Shown: positions 24,759 to 38,234, numbered from the whole stretch's first letter. The stretch is 63,387 nt of DNA, filler included, from Reticulomyxa filosa (GCA_000512085.1; 16 parts of 16 records of this genome joined end to end with filler, not necessarily neighbours in it), one strand, 5' to 3'. Translations and numbers: made by a program. Notes: a model not told the origin generated them from the sequence alone.

Positions 24759-26020
24759 NNNNNNNNNNNNNNNNNNNNNNNNNNNNNNNNNNNNNNNNNN
24801 NNTTAATTAATTAANNNNNNNNNNNNNNNNNNNNNNNNNNNNNNNNNNNNNNNNNNNNTCATATATGTTTTTTTTAAATAAAAAAAATTTGATTAAATGT
24901 TGTTTTTTCATGGAGAAACACAATCATCTCTATAAGGTGGCATTTTAGGTGTCAACTTTCTTTTTTATCTTAATATATTACAATTGACAGATACTAATGC
25001 AGATTATTATAGTCAAATTTCCCTTTTCAAACAACACAATATTTGCAAAACAACACCCAAATTAAATTCATTAAGTCAATCAATACATTAGTTGTTATTA
25101 TTGCTGTTAGTATTTGTATTGCAACAGCAACTATGACAATTCTTTTTCTGAGTCATTGGTTAATTTCTTTATTGCGACTAACATTTTAATACACTCTTTT
25201 TGTTAAAACATTGAATGGTCGAATCACACAAGTTGACCGTGATATTGTTTCGAATTGTAATAATATATCGTGTTTACAAAAAAACAAAGATTGTGTCGAA
25301 TATACTTGATTGTGTTATCTTTGCTTTATATTGCATGTGTAGTCTGAACAGTGTTCGGACTTTTCTACCTTTTTTAGGTCGCTGTTCCAATCGACAAGCA
25401 AAGTGTTTTAATAATGATTTTACATTTTTTGCGATCTATCCAATGTATCAAATCTGCATCGAATACTCACGCTCAAGTTACATTTAAGCATCTGTTCTTC
25501 GGGTAAAAATTGACATTAGAATGTCCTTCTAATATTCGCATTTATTTTGCAGAATATACATTCCATAATGGTAAAAATGTAGTCATTAATTCAATCAGAG
25601 TTTATTTCCATACATCAAATATGGAATGTTCATCAAAGAAAAATTTAAATCATTTGATTTCATGATAATTAAATCATTTTAATACATTTGGTGAAAATTT
25701 ACGCTTTGAACAAAGGTTAAATGAAAATTTTTAATTGTAGAAAAGTTTTTATCCTGTTTAGATATTATTCATTTATTTATTTTTCTACGTTGCAAAATAA
25801 CCAGCATAATTAAATTCTTGAATCTATCCCAAATGGATAAATGATACTATAAGTAAATCAAATTTTTTTTTTCCTGTCATTTGATGTTCCATCTTTTGTT
25901 TAAGGCTTTTTACTTTTTCTTCTTTATTTTGTTGGGTTTTGTTCAGCGATTGTGATATTTATAGTACAGGTAACACAAAAGTCTCACTATTCATTTTTCA
26001 AAATTTTTTTGCTTTGAACT

Positions 26021-27158
26021 TTACAATACTGAACATTTGCAGTCCCTTTTCAAGGTCCATTGGGATTGGTTTTGGCCTCTTTGTAGACTTTCTTGATCTT
26101 TCTTTTGTTTATTCATTCCTATGCTGTGATGGCTTCTATGAAACACAAAACTCGTTCCTTCTTGATTACGAAACCACCTATAAAGATTATCACCTAAACG
26201 AATTCTATACCCGACATTGTGACCTCGCATATAACAGTTTTCTGCGTCAGTTTGGACTGGACGATATGGCCAATTATTTACAATTGATGGCAATTCTCCT
26301 TCACAAGGAGGAGTATTACAATACAAATGCTTCATACTCTCATCATCTTTACCATATCTCCATTCAAATGCATTTTTGATATAATTTTCCAACCATTTCT
26401 TATTTTTATTGATGTTTACACCATTATATGGAAAATATGCAACCAAATATGGTTGTATCCATCCATCTTCATTCTTGGGATGAAGCGTATTTGATGGAAC
26501 AGTATCCATCAATCGATTATCAATCCGAACCAAAACATAATTAGATGCTTTACACAAACTCAAATAAAAGCAATGCCCTTTATGACCAACCACCAAACTC
26601 ATTTCATAATATTTTTCTTTTGAATAAATTAAACGATCCACCACATTTGAACTCCAATCATCAAGTAAATTATCGCAAATATTCATAGCTGTGATATAAT
26701 CCCAATATATTGTCAATTGCACTTGCAATTCTTTCAATCCTTTTTCATACACTTGTTCAAATGTTGTATTCTTTGGTAATTCAGGGTAGCGTTTTCCATC
26801 TCGTTTCAATCGGATACATATTTCGAATAACAAAAATATTCTAACTTTTGGAATGCTGATGATAGCCATCCTTTATTAAATTCGCTTTGAATTGAGTTTT
26901 CAACTTCAATGGATTTCACATTTCGACTGGCTGCCCAATATAATAAATTTTCATTTATTAACATTTTTTGTAATTCTTCTTGATTCATTCCCAATAAAAA
27001 GGATGCTCCTTCTATTAATAATGTTTGACAATTTTCTTCATCAATAACTTTGCTGACACCATCTTCATCAATTAATTTATCTTTGACATAATCAATTACA
27101 TATTCAATTTGTTTCATTGGATATGTTATCCTTTTTTTCAATATCCATTTACACATTT
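26021..27158 (-). CDS. Partial eukaryotic protein with putative CE-clan-like cysteine protease domain; one frameshift near 26815
   Basis: Overlapping ORFs 26806-27156 and 26021-26869; GHCFYLSL..VRIDN and PVQTDAENC motifs. Confidence 0.55.
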
Positions 27159-28239
27159 CTACATTATTTTTTTTTTTTTTTCTTTAATCTTTTTTTTATT
27201 CTTTTTTTNNNNNNNNNNNNNNNNNNNNNNNNNNNNNNNNNNNNNNNNNNNNTTAATTAATTAANNNNNNNNNNNNNNNNNNNNNNNNNNNNNNNNNNNN
27301 NNNNNNNNGGGTCATCAACAATACAATCAATTGTAACGCTGCAAAAAGAAATAAATGCAAACTTGCAAATAATTAAAGAATTGCAGCAAGACCAACACTT
27401 ACAAATATTAGACCATTTGTCATTCTCGGCGATATAGTATCACTTTTAATTTGAATTTTTAATAATGATTATTCTTCCTCCGCATAAAAATATAAATGCA
27501 CTGGATCACACTTAGCTATATTTTTTGTTATGCAATTGTATCATTTCATTTATGTATATGTATCAAAAATATAACCAAATTCGGATAGCACTGAGATAGT
27601 TATTGGTCCTTTTTCGTTGAATCTTTCATAAAACTTGCTTGTAAGAAAATTAATCATTTCCACAGTATAATGATCTTAATGAAAGATTTTGATAATGATT
27701 ATTTCTTATTACAAAAATTTTCTTTATAAAATAGCGTTTGAAAAATTATTTCATTGTTTAAGAAAATATTATATTAATATTAAATTATTTTCATTATATT
27801 TCATTAATTTTATTTGTTCCTTCATAATCATATTTTTTTACCTTAATATTCTTATATTTATTTACTTTAGCATGAAATTTAATTTCTGCACTTAACTAAC
27901 TACTATCATATGTACTTCAAATCCTGAGTTTTATTAAGTCGAAATTGTAAAAAAAAAAAACAGGACTGAAAAAGCTTAGCTAGTTTTATGGTATATTGAA
28001 ATTTGCACGAAAATGTTTTGTGATTACAAAACAAGCAAAGTAAAACAACGTTAATGCTAAATCGAAAACGATGATACAGGTAAAGCTAATAGAAAAGTAT
28101 CAATTAGAAATGCTCTCACCGAGCGAGGAAGATGAGAAAAATGGCGAACTAGTGTGGAAGTAATCAAAGAAAGTACAGAAATAAATACTGTTGGTGCATT
28201 TACCTTTTTTGATAACGAAAAAGACAATATGTTCAAATG

Positions 28240-28897
28240 GAAAAATATATATAAATTGCGGGTGCGTGGCTGTTCATTGTCATGAGTTGTGGCACACCCT
28301 TTTCAAATATTACCACAGTATACGTAACTACGCAGTTTATGGAGTACCTTATAATCAAAAATGAAGAAGTATCTTCCTTGCTGTCATTTTTACCAAAAGG
28401 CTCAAACAGTAATGTATCATTGTTGTATCGCGGAAGTAGGGACGGATTTGAAGCAAAAATATTTCATCTGACATGCAATAGAATGGGAAAAACACTCACA
28501 ATCGTGTAGTCAAAAAAGAATTTTGTATTTGGTGGTTTTACGAACTCTTTATGGTGGAGCCTTAAGACAGATAAGGTAATTTCGCAAGACAATGGAGCAT
28601 TTGTATTTTCATTGAGAAATGTGGATGGTGTTGCTCCTGAAAAGTGTTGTATCCGAGAAATAGAAGAAGAACATGCGATCAAGAACTCTGAAAAATTTGG
28701 ACCATGTTTTGGTAATAAAAAAAAAAATTATTGAAGCATTGCTAAGTTTTTATGTTTGTATTATAGGTGATACCTATATTATTATTACTGACAATTGCAA
28801 CAAAAACAACAATATTGTCAAGTTATACAAGTACGACCACACCAAAGTCACTTTGGCAGAAAGTGAAAAATTTGTAGTGCAGGAAATAGAAGTTTAA
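28240..28897 (+). pseudogene. TLDc-domain gene relic, possibly preceded by an FN3 tail
   Basis: LLYRGSRDGF..FH..C..GKTLTIV*SKKNFVFGGFT..AFVFSL..GPCFG|intron|..FVVQEIEV; in-frame TAG at 28507-28509. Confidence 0.75.
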
Positions 28898-30499
28898 AGA
28901 GTCAGACTGTTCAAGTGGATCATGTGCAAGATGTCATCTTCATTTTTATTTATACCACAATACGAAAGTGAGTGACAATTTCCGTACGGCCAATATATGC
29001 AAAAAAATGCACAACAAATATTTTGCGATATGCTACAAAAAGCATTTAAACTGACTATTATTTTTTTGTTTTTAGGCAGCAATTTTTTTGCCAAAAATTG
29101 CAATGTTGATTGTTTTTTGCCTGGACTAGTACAAGTAATTTGATGTAACAATTGTATTTGAAGCCAACAATAAAGAATCTACAACAAGATAAAAGTTCAT
29201 AGAAGTTTTTTTTTCAAATTATTTTATAAAGAAATTTTATAAAGAAACTTTTTTTGTACTAAAAAGAAATTTAAAAAAAATTTTATGAAATTTATGCTGT
29301 ATGTTTTTTTTTTTAATTTAGTTGCAACTATCATCGTTTGAACTATTTAGTTGCAATTATTTAGTTGCAACTGTTGCTTTTGTTATATACACTACACATT
29401 GTATTTTAAATTCAACGTTATTTGGATACTAGAAAAATTCAAGTGCACATTTCAAGTATATTTTGCAATTTTATTTCTAAATATATTACTGAATGCTAAT
29501 ACTTAAAAGTGTGTTTTTATTTTTTGATAGTCCAGCTAAGGTAGGCCCTTAAGTCTTAGCGTTCCAGATGATAGTAATATTGAACTTTTTGTTTTCAAAT
29601 AAAATAGCCAGACTCTTGTACTTTCCATATCTAAAAAAAAAAATTTGACTTGGAAAATGATTAGATATAAGATGATATATGAAATGCTGATATTTTTGAA
29701 GACGATGACATTGCAACTAAAGTGGATAAAACAAAATTTTCAACCAGGTTTTTTTCGGAAATAGAAAGTACAATACTTTAGCTAATTTTTTTTTTGAAAC
29801 AAATTTTCAATATTACTGCAGTATGGAGTGCTAATATTTAATAGCTTATTTTAGCTTAGCTCCTTGGAAAATAATAACAATCACATTATTGACAATAACT
29901 TATACTTCGATAGATTTACATACATTTGCGAATTTTCAAAGATAAATTGATGAACAAATGGAATAAATAAAACAATTTCAACAAGCACACTTTAGTGAAT
30001 ATCTGGGACAAATGCAAAATCTGAAGCAAGTGCAACATACTGTGTCATACTTGATAAGTGTATTGTCAAAGTTGATTATTGAGCAATTAATGAATTATAT
30101 ACTGATGCTACATATGATGGCTATATAACAACTTTTACCTATAGTATGCAGAATAATTTTGAGTAAAATGTTCAATTGGTGTATGTACAAGTTGTAACAT
30201 TTATTTTTATTTATATCACAAACATTAAAGTATTTGGCAATTCCAATGTGTGCATCATATGTGCAAAGAATGTGTACATAAATATTTTGAATCGACAAAT
30301 ATGAGCTAAAACAAAGTTCCGTAACAAAAATCATTATAAAGAAATTTTTTTATAAGAAATAATTAAATATGAAAATTCTAGAAAGAAATTTTAAAAAAAT
30401 TTTATGAAATTTGTGTTGTATGTTCTATTTTTTATTTTATTTCAAAAAATTATCTTTGTCTTTGCAAGTACAAAAATGAATTTACCAGACACATTTGTA

Positions 30500-30709
30500 C
30501 TACGTCAATCTCGCAGCGCATTTTGCATGTATTAAACGAGAAAGAGCATCCTCAGTAATGTAGTTATTATATATCATATAACTAATATAATCTTTATGAA
30601 ATCGCTTCAGTTGTTTGTTCAAATCTGTTTGATGTTTTTCATACCGCAAAGTAAAGTATTTGCGAGTACAATCTCTGCACATGAAATGGCCACATGGAAG
30701 TCGCCACAT
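30500..30709 (-). pseudogene. RING-finger-like fragment in degraded sequence
   Basis: LPCGHFMCRDC motif with no intact upstream frame. Confidence 0.4.
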
Positions 30710-32801
30710 GCTTCATGTTTGTGGTATACATATAAATGAACTTAACAATTTGTGCATGATCGAATCTCCAAAATAGCATAAACGTTTTTTTTTAATAAAA
30801 ACGTTTATCTGCACACAGAATCACTCATTGCAAAGGCACACATTATCGTAACAAGCAGTAGAAAACAAATAATTATCGTCATTAATTAATGGCAGTAGTC
30901 ATTAATTTATTGATAGCAAATAATTTACAGTCAAGTTTGAATGTGCAAATGAAACAATTTTTGGTGGTAGGTGAAATGGTTCAATATTTGGTATGTTAAG
31001 AAAAGTACATTGTAGATAGAGATTTTTATATGTTTAATGTAATTTGTTATTTATTATTTTTTATTTGTTAGTTAATTATTGACGATCACAAAAAAAGGAC
31101 TTTGATTGTGACACAGTTGCTATCGCATTGACCAGTTAGCAGTAGTCATTGATATGACCAAAAAGATAGCATTTTGATCGTTAATAATTCGAATTTGCCA
31201 AATGGTATTGCATGTGATTATGTAAAAATTTTTGAGGTACAATTGAATAAAAGAATATGCGCATATTCAACGCTTAAAAAATTATTTATTGTTGCAATTG
31301 TTATTTTTTTCGTTGAATAAAAATTTCACTACAAATTGTACTTTAAATTTAATGTTGTTTTGACATTCGCAAATGAAGTTTTATTCGTTTCTTATTATAT
31401 CATAAAATAATAAACGTCCGCAAGTAAAAATTTCGTGTTCATATAACACACATTAAGATCGAAAAGTAAATCAAAAAACTCATTCAAACTTTCGAAGTAA
31501 AAGTATTCATTTCGACACATGAAATGTAACACTTAATGATGCAATTAATTTTTTCTAGGAGTAAACCATTAAGTGTTAGCGCTCGATAATGCGAGAAAAT
31601 TTCCCAAAAAAAGCGGAAAATGTAGTCCAAGACTCCAGCTACAATTTCCGCTTTTTTTGGGAAATTATCTCGCAATATCGAACAATATAGAATGCTAACA
31701 TTTAATGGTGTATTCATAAAGACTTATTCAATTTTGTTTTTACTAATATTTTGTTTTGATAATTGATTGTCTTTTATTTAATTAAGAAAAACAAAACGAA
31801 ACAAAATAAAAACAAAATCGAATAAGTAAGTATTGAGTTTTTTTTGAACGTTCATGGGATCACAACTTTCTCTAAAAAAACTATTATCTGGACATCTATC
31901 ACATTCTTGTCTCTTTCTTACCTAGTAAAGGTCTTAACTTGTTGAAGTGTTTAACATGTTTTTACTTGACATGTTTTTCCTTTGTTGCAAATCTCTTTCT
32001 AGTGTTTTAACATGTCCACAACATATTTACATTATTTTGATATTGGTTACATTGTTTTGCTGCATTGACAATGTGGTATTACTTTAATTCATTGAAATTA
32101 GTAAGTGTATTTGTATTGTCCTTGTGTTAATATAATTGTTTTATATTGTTTATTTTGATATAGGTTTGGGTTCTTACCCATATGATGTCACAACTAAGAA
32201 AAATGCATGAAAAAATGTTTAGTTTTTTTTGGTGGTACCAAGATAATGAGTTACAGCATCCATTATCGAATTGTTACAATGGAACATTTAACAATATTTG
32301 ATAGTAACCATATCAATACATTTACAATTTTTTGTATGAGTTTCTACAAAATTTTTGAAATTATTATGGTTTACTCATTTTGTGAGATGTTAATATAGAT
32401 TTGCATTATATTTTTGTATATCAAAAATGTAAGTTCAAAAATTTGATGATCAACCATGAAGTCAGTTTTTTTTTTGAAAAAGAATATTTTAAAGTTTTAG
32501 TTGGAAAGGGAGCTTTATAATTTGTTATAAGACGCATCTACGAATATGAGTGCCTATTACCAGCGAAATAACGCAACTCCGGGGCCATATCACTTTGGCA
32601 ATAAGGCAAGACTTCAAACTTATGAATGATTGCAAGGATTTAGCAACATGCAAAAACCCAACACAAAGACAAGACAATGGAAACTCAAAACATGTGACAA
32701 ANNNNNNNNNNNNNNNNNNNNNNNNNNNNNNNNNNNNNNNNNNNNTTAATTAATTAANNNNNNNNNNNNNNNNNNNNNNNNNNNNNNNNNNNNNNNNNNN
32801 N

Positions 32802-34654
32802 TATATATATATATATATGTACATATATACAAATATGAGTTTGCATATGTTTGCAAACCAATGTCACCGGCTCCAGGAGCTTGTCGCTTTCGCATGGCCA
32901 TAAACTGTATGACAGCGATGCAGAAACAAGAGAGAGAGCCAATGCAAATAGCAATGAGGGCGAGCATGATGAGAAGAGAAGAGTTGGACTTGGACCCGTT
33001 AGTGTTGCCTCGTTTTTGTTCCAGGAACGTGGACGAGTGTAGCGTAGTGGCCGTGGGTTCGACAGATATGCGTGTCGTCGTCGTCGTCGTCAATTTGGTC
33101 GGAGAATGACTCGGTGCCTTGGTGGGCAGCGTTGAGGGTCTTCGTGTAGGATGTCTGGAAGGCAGTCTGGTCGGCCACCGTGTCGGTCGACTTGTCGGCT
33201 GTTTGGTGGGAGGAATTGTAGGATGTTTGGTGGGCGGAATTGTAGGATGTTTGGTGGGTGAATTTGTAGGATGTTTGGTGGGCTGACCTGTGGGACGACT
33301 TGTCGGATCAACAGTGGGATGAGCCGTCGGAAAGGCCGTGGGTGACCACGAGGGAGACAAAGTAGGGACTAAAGTGGGAGCATAAGTAGGATGATTTGTG
33401 GGTGCATTTGTCGGATATCGAGTCGGAGAGTAAGTAGGTGCACTTGTCGGCTGTCGAGTTGGAGAATAGGTAGGCGCCTTTGTCGGGACCTTGGTAGGAA
33501 ATCTACTGGGAGCTTTCGTTGGGAACGTGGTGGGCCACTTTGTTGGCGCTCTCGTGGGACTTGGCGTTGGATGTGTGCTCGGCTGTCTTGTTGGATGCTT
33601 GCTTGGCTGTTTCGTCGGATGCTTGCTTGGCTGCTTTGTCGGGTGTTTGCTTGGCTGCTTTGTTGGACGCTTGCTTGGATTTTTCGTCGGCTGGACTGTT
33701 GGGCGCTTCGTTGGAACCTTGGTCGGAAGTTTCGTCGGCACTTTTGTCGGTAACTTTGTCGGTAACTTTGTCGGCTGCTTGGTTGGATGTTTTGTCGGCT
33801 GTTTCGTTGGCTTTCGTGTCGGCACGGCTGTGGGAATCGGTGTATACGACGAAGGGCTGCCAATTCCCCCCCATCCCATCCCATCCACCCCATTTCCAAA
33901 CAATATACATACACTTTCAATTTCTCTTTTTTTTTTTTAGTGTGTGTGTATATGTGGTGACCCCCTTTTTAAAAAAAAAAAAAAAATATTCTTTCTATTG
34001 GAAAGTCTTTTTTTTGTTCTTTTTTCATGAGTCTGTAGTATACGTAAAGAAGAAATACGTAAATATATACATATACATACAATATATATATATATATATG
34101 TATACGTATTGTATTACCAGGACGTCGGGGAACAGGGGCCTACACACCCCGTATAACAAAGATGAGAGGTCATCGATGCAACATTTACGCTGAGGACATT
34201 CCTTCCTATATCGTTTATACAGAGAAGTGGAAGATCTTTTTGATCTGGGAAGGGGGAGGGAGGGGGAGGAGGAGGGTACGTAAACAAATAAAACAAAAGG
34301 AAAGAACATTTTAGGATGCCTTGTTTGTACCCGAATTAGTGCAAGCGATACTTGCATTAACATATGGAGTGACCCCGGCGTTCTTGCATGAGAGGCTGAA
34401 AGATTTCCAATTATTTACGGCATCTGTCCCCGACTGAGAGGTACAGCTTATCCTGGTTTTTTGTGACCAATCACATAATGCAGTATTATCAAGTTTTACC
34501 TAAAAAAAAAAGTATCAACGTACGATTGGAAGCTGGCACACACTTGAAACTGGAACTGCTGTCCACTAGTTATCTTCAAGCAAAATATGAGTATAAATGC
34601 CCAGAATGAAAGAAGGTGCTTTTGAAGAAAGGTTTGAAATATTATTGCCAACAT
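32802..34654 (-). CDS. Type I membrane surface protein: signal peptide, Cys-containing N-terminal domain, long PT (PTxx) tetrapeptide-repeat stalk, TM helix; multi-exon, 3' end cut
   Basis: ATG 34654 gives MLAIIFQTFLQKHLLSFWAFILIFCLKITSG; 12-bp tandem repeats at ~33090-33850 encode PTKQ/PTKH/PSKH; TM LLIMLALIAICIGSLSCFCIAVI. Confidence 0.75.
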
Positions 34655-34974
34655 TCTATATTTGTTTTCTTAAAAAAAAAAAAAAAAAAAAAAAAGGAAA
34701 ATTTTGATTTGTCGTCGTGTGTACTTTCGTCGTTTTTGCACTGAAATGGTCTTGCCATGAACATCTTTTGAGTAATTTATTAAATACAATGTTGTTGTTC
34801 TTCACACAAAGGCATTAATGTAAGCTTAAAGGAAAAACCTTGGTGTTGGTTCCTAAGAAATGACAAATGTATTGACATGTCAAGTTGACTTGCTTAATAA
34901 AGTGGTATATTTTGTTCACGAGACATAAAGTACAATTATGTATGTTTGATCCCAAAAAAAAAATGATGCAATCG

Positions 34975-35007
<33 letters not shown>

Positions 35008-35149
35008 CAAAGAAGAACAGTGTATGAATTGAAATAAAATGCTTGCAATTGTGAGAAAATAAATTGTAAAAAAAAAAAAAAGAAGAGAGATATTGATAAA
35101 ATAGCAAAATATAAAACAAGGAATAAAGGACAAAGAAATAAGATGCCTA

Positions 35150-36043
35150 TCAGTACTGCCACCACCACAGACGTATAGTTTCGTCTAAAGAAGAAGAAGC
35201 AATAGTATTTCCATTTGTAGAAAAATTGACATCATTTACACAATCAAAGTGTCCTTCTAATTTTTGTATTTGATTTCCTGATTTTACATCCCATATTCGA
35301 ACAGTGGAATCTTTTGCACATGATACAATAATTTGCCCATCTGGAGAGTAATGAACACCAGTGACTGCTTTGTCATGTCCTTGCAGTGTTCGCACTTCCT
35401 TTCCGGATAGCACATCCCATATTCGTATTGTATTATCACTTGAACAAGATACAATATTGCAGCAATCTGGAGAGAATTTAGTTTTCAACACCACTCCCGA
35501 ATGTCCTCTTAATTGATGTATTTTCTCACCAGATTGTGTATTCCATAGAATAATGGTATTGTCAAATGAAGATGATACAACCATTTGACCATCTGGTGAA
35601 AATTGCACATCACATACAACACGAGAATGTCCTTCCAATTTTTTAATTAAATGTCCAGAATTTACATTCCACAATCGAATTTGTTTATCATATGATCCAG
35701 ATACAATTGTCTTACCATCTGGTGAAAATTGAGCACTTAATGTAGCACTTGGACATTCCCCAATCCTTCGAATTTCTTTTCCGGATTCTGCTTCCCATAT
35801 TCGAATTGTTTTATCACGTGAACATGACACAATGGATTTACCATCCGGTGAAAAATACGCTTCATAAATTGCTTCCATATGTCCTCTCAACACTTTAATA
35901 TCTATTCCCGATTTCACATCCCATATTCGAACTGTTCCATCTGTTGATGCCGACACTAGCTGCTCGCTATTTGGTGAAAATTTTACACTGGTCACATTCC
36001 CAACATGTCCTTGCGCAATCTTCAATGGTTGGAAGTATCTCAT
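35150..36043 (-). CDS. WD40-repeat terminal exon (7 blades); upstream exons lost at contig end
   Basis: Seven GH...FSPDG..IVS.S.D.TIRIWD repeats; preceded by a CAG acceptor after an A-run. Confidence 0.9.
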   Translation of the reverse strand: MRYFQPLKIAQGHVGNVTSVKFSPNSEQLVSASTDGTVRIWDVKSGIDIKVLRGHMEAIYEAYFSPDGKSIVSCSRDKTIRIWEAESGKEIRRIGECPSATLSAQFSPDGKTIVSGSYDKQIRLWNVNSGHLIKKLEGHSRVVCDVQFSPDGQMVVSSSFDNTIILWNTQSGEKIHQLRGHSGVVLKTKFSPDCCNIVSCSSDNTIRIWDVLSGKEVRTLQGHDKAVTGVHYSPDGQIIVSCAKDSTVRIWDVKSGNQIQKLEGHFDCVNDVNFSTNGNTIASSSLDETIRLWWWQY

Positions 36044-36048
36044 CTGTT

Positions 36049-36088
<40 letters not shown>

Positions 36089-36278
36089 NNNNNNNNNNNN
36101 NNNNNNNNNNNNNNNNNNNNNNNNNNNNNNNNTTAATTAATTAANNNNNNNNNNNNNNNNNNNNNNNNNNNNNNNNNNNNNNNNNNNNAAAGAGGATATT
36201 TCTTAACAATAATTGCCTAGAAGGAAATTGTGCGATACATTATGAAAAGCTGCCTTATGTTGCTTTGCACACACACAT

Positions 36279-36735
36279 ACTGGTGATGTGATATACATTG
36301 TGATCCTGTTGTAGATCCTAGCCCATCAGAACAAGCAGCCAAATTTACTGCTTTGTTATTTGTTCGAGATCATCCAGTACAATTGAAAGCTGCAACTAGT
36401 GATGGAAAAGACAACTAATGTGGGTTACTCCATCGATTTATATCCGAACTGCTAAAGCTCCTTGTCAAATGTTGGAAATCAAATGGAAAATGAAAAAAGT
36501 AACAAACAATGCAAAAGTTGATAGCGCTACTTTCATTGAGACCGGTGACTAAGCTGAAGTCATATTTGCTCCAAAAATGCCATTAGTGTGACCTCCTTTG
36601 ATGAGCACAAACCATTAGGTATGTTTAAATATGATAATAATAAAATAACTTATATTGTATTGTTATGATTATTATTATAGGACGAATGGCTGCCATGGAC
36701 TTGAACTCGTTGATTATATTGGGAAAAGTTTTGAC
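36279..36735 (+). pseudogene. EFL: Elongation factor-like (EFL) C-terminal domain pseudogene with a retained intron (36619-36680)
   Basis: KFTALLFVRDHPVQLK, TPSIYIRTAKAPCQMLEIKWKM, FIETGD*AEVIFAPKMP, KPLG|RMAAMDLNSLIILGKV; in-frame stops and frameshifts; not in the ORF track. Confidence 0.8.
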
Positions 36736-37576
36736 ACAAATTTGGCCAATTTTTGTGAAATATCGCTAGTATCAGCTTGTTCATTTTCTCAATTGTGGAG
36801 GTTTCAATAGTTCAATTTCGGAATGTGGTTTGTAACGACTGGCAATTTTTCTGATTCCAACCCATTCACAAATTATATCGTTGATTTTGTTTAAAGCCTC
36901 ACCACTTGCTTTTTTAATTCCTCTTCTTGTGCACCGATTGGTTTCCATGCTCGAATCTGCCCATAAAAAAAAAATTAAAAAAGTTTTTTAAAAAAATATT
37001 TTTTCTTACGCACTGCAATACACAGCATAGTGAAAACTCAAAGTTTTATAAGGCCTTACCAGTCGGGGAACCCCTTTTATCTCAAACTTACTTCACTTTC
37101 TCTCGTCTTTTCTTGTTTGTAGTCTTTTAATTTAATTATTTTGTCCCTTATTGAAAAATCGCTCGGAGAGCAATATTTTCGTATTACACTTTGTGCCACA
37201 GTTTAAATAGATAACAAAATATGCAATCTTTTTTGAAAACAAGCTTGAAAGTAATAGTGAAATTGTGATTAAAAATAGATTACTTTGAACAATGAAAGCA
37301 TGTCAACCATTTAGTATATTTTAAAAGGGATACGATTAACTGTAAGACGCTACATCAAGGTAAAGCAACTATTTAAAGAACAAATTATGTTCATGATCAA
37401 TTCAACATTTGCACAAGATAGCAAAAAGAAGTTCAAAACAAAATTGGAAAAAAGATTGTTTTTACAAGGTTCTTGCCATCCATGTTTGTTTGTCCTCTGG
37501 GGAGTATCCATGACACATTACAACTAAATATACCTTCGGCCCGTCTCATGGAATGATGAAAATGTAAAATGTATCG

Positions 37577-38077
37577 TTGATCAGTTTGAGATGTTTGTGT
37601 ATCTTGCAAAACATTATTGGCACTTACATGACCGACAAAATATCCCGCGCTGAGTTCATTAATATTTTCATTGAAAATGACCTTTGGCATAATATTTCCT
37701 TCAGTCCCAATGGTACGTTCATTTATGTTGCGACAGACAGCAAAAATGGACTGCTTAACAGTTGTAATGTAAAATTGTGGGGTGGTCCAATAAGTGTGCC
37801 CATTTTTATCCGAGTCAAATATCCTTGCAAAGATAACTGCTATTCTTATTGTTTGGGGGAGACGCTGATAGAGCAATTAACAAAAACAATAAACTCTAAC
37901 AATTTGAATGATGTGACAGAAACATCTACAAAAATAAGTGGCTCCAGCGCATGTTCAAGAGAAAACATCATGGACTGCAGAGTTATATTTCGTTATCACG
38001 AGAAATTATCAATGCAATATCATTTATTGCAACTTATTTTTCCAACTCAATTTATCTCAGAGGTTGCTCTTCTGTGA
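37577..38077 (+). CDS. Hypothetical or degraded ORF
   Basis: 166-aa open frame with protein-like composition; no domain recognised; the flanks look degraded. Confidence 0.3.
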   Translation: MISLRCLCILQNIIGTYMTDKISRAEFINIFIENDLWHNISFSPNGTFIYVATDSKNGLLNSCNVKLWGGPISVPIFIRVKYPCKDNCYSYCLGETLIEQLTKTINSNNLNDVTETSTKISGSSACSRENIMDCRVIFRYHEKLSMQYHLLQLIFPTQFISEVALL

Positions 38078-38234
38078 ATAAAAGTAAACGTGTTAAAGTT
38101 AAAATCAAGAAATTAAATAATCTTATAATATTTATAGCAAAATAATGTCACGTATTTATCTTAATAAAATATAAACAACATAACTAAAGAAAAAATCATT
38201 TGACATATTATAAATTATTGCTCCTTCAGACTTT

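Noticed and set aside
32851-34193. Long alternative-frame and antisense ORFs over the PT repeats (also over 11753-12712, 21890-23053, 43155-44001)
   Set aside because: By-products of low-complexity or GC-rich coding sequence on another frame or strand.
34500-34519. Possible 20-nt micro-intron (minus strand, GTTGATAC..TAG)
   Set aside because: An upstream in-phase donor (CAA|GTGTGT) gives a ~44-nt intron and the T-run length is unreliable; cannot be decided without cDNA.
28507-36552. Stop-codon reassignment (TAG in TLDc, TAA at the Gln of EFL GDQAEV)
   Set aside because: Both loci have other lesions, and intact genes use CAA/CAG for Gln and end in TAA or TGA.
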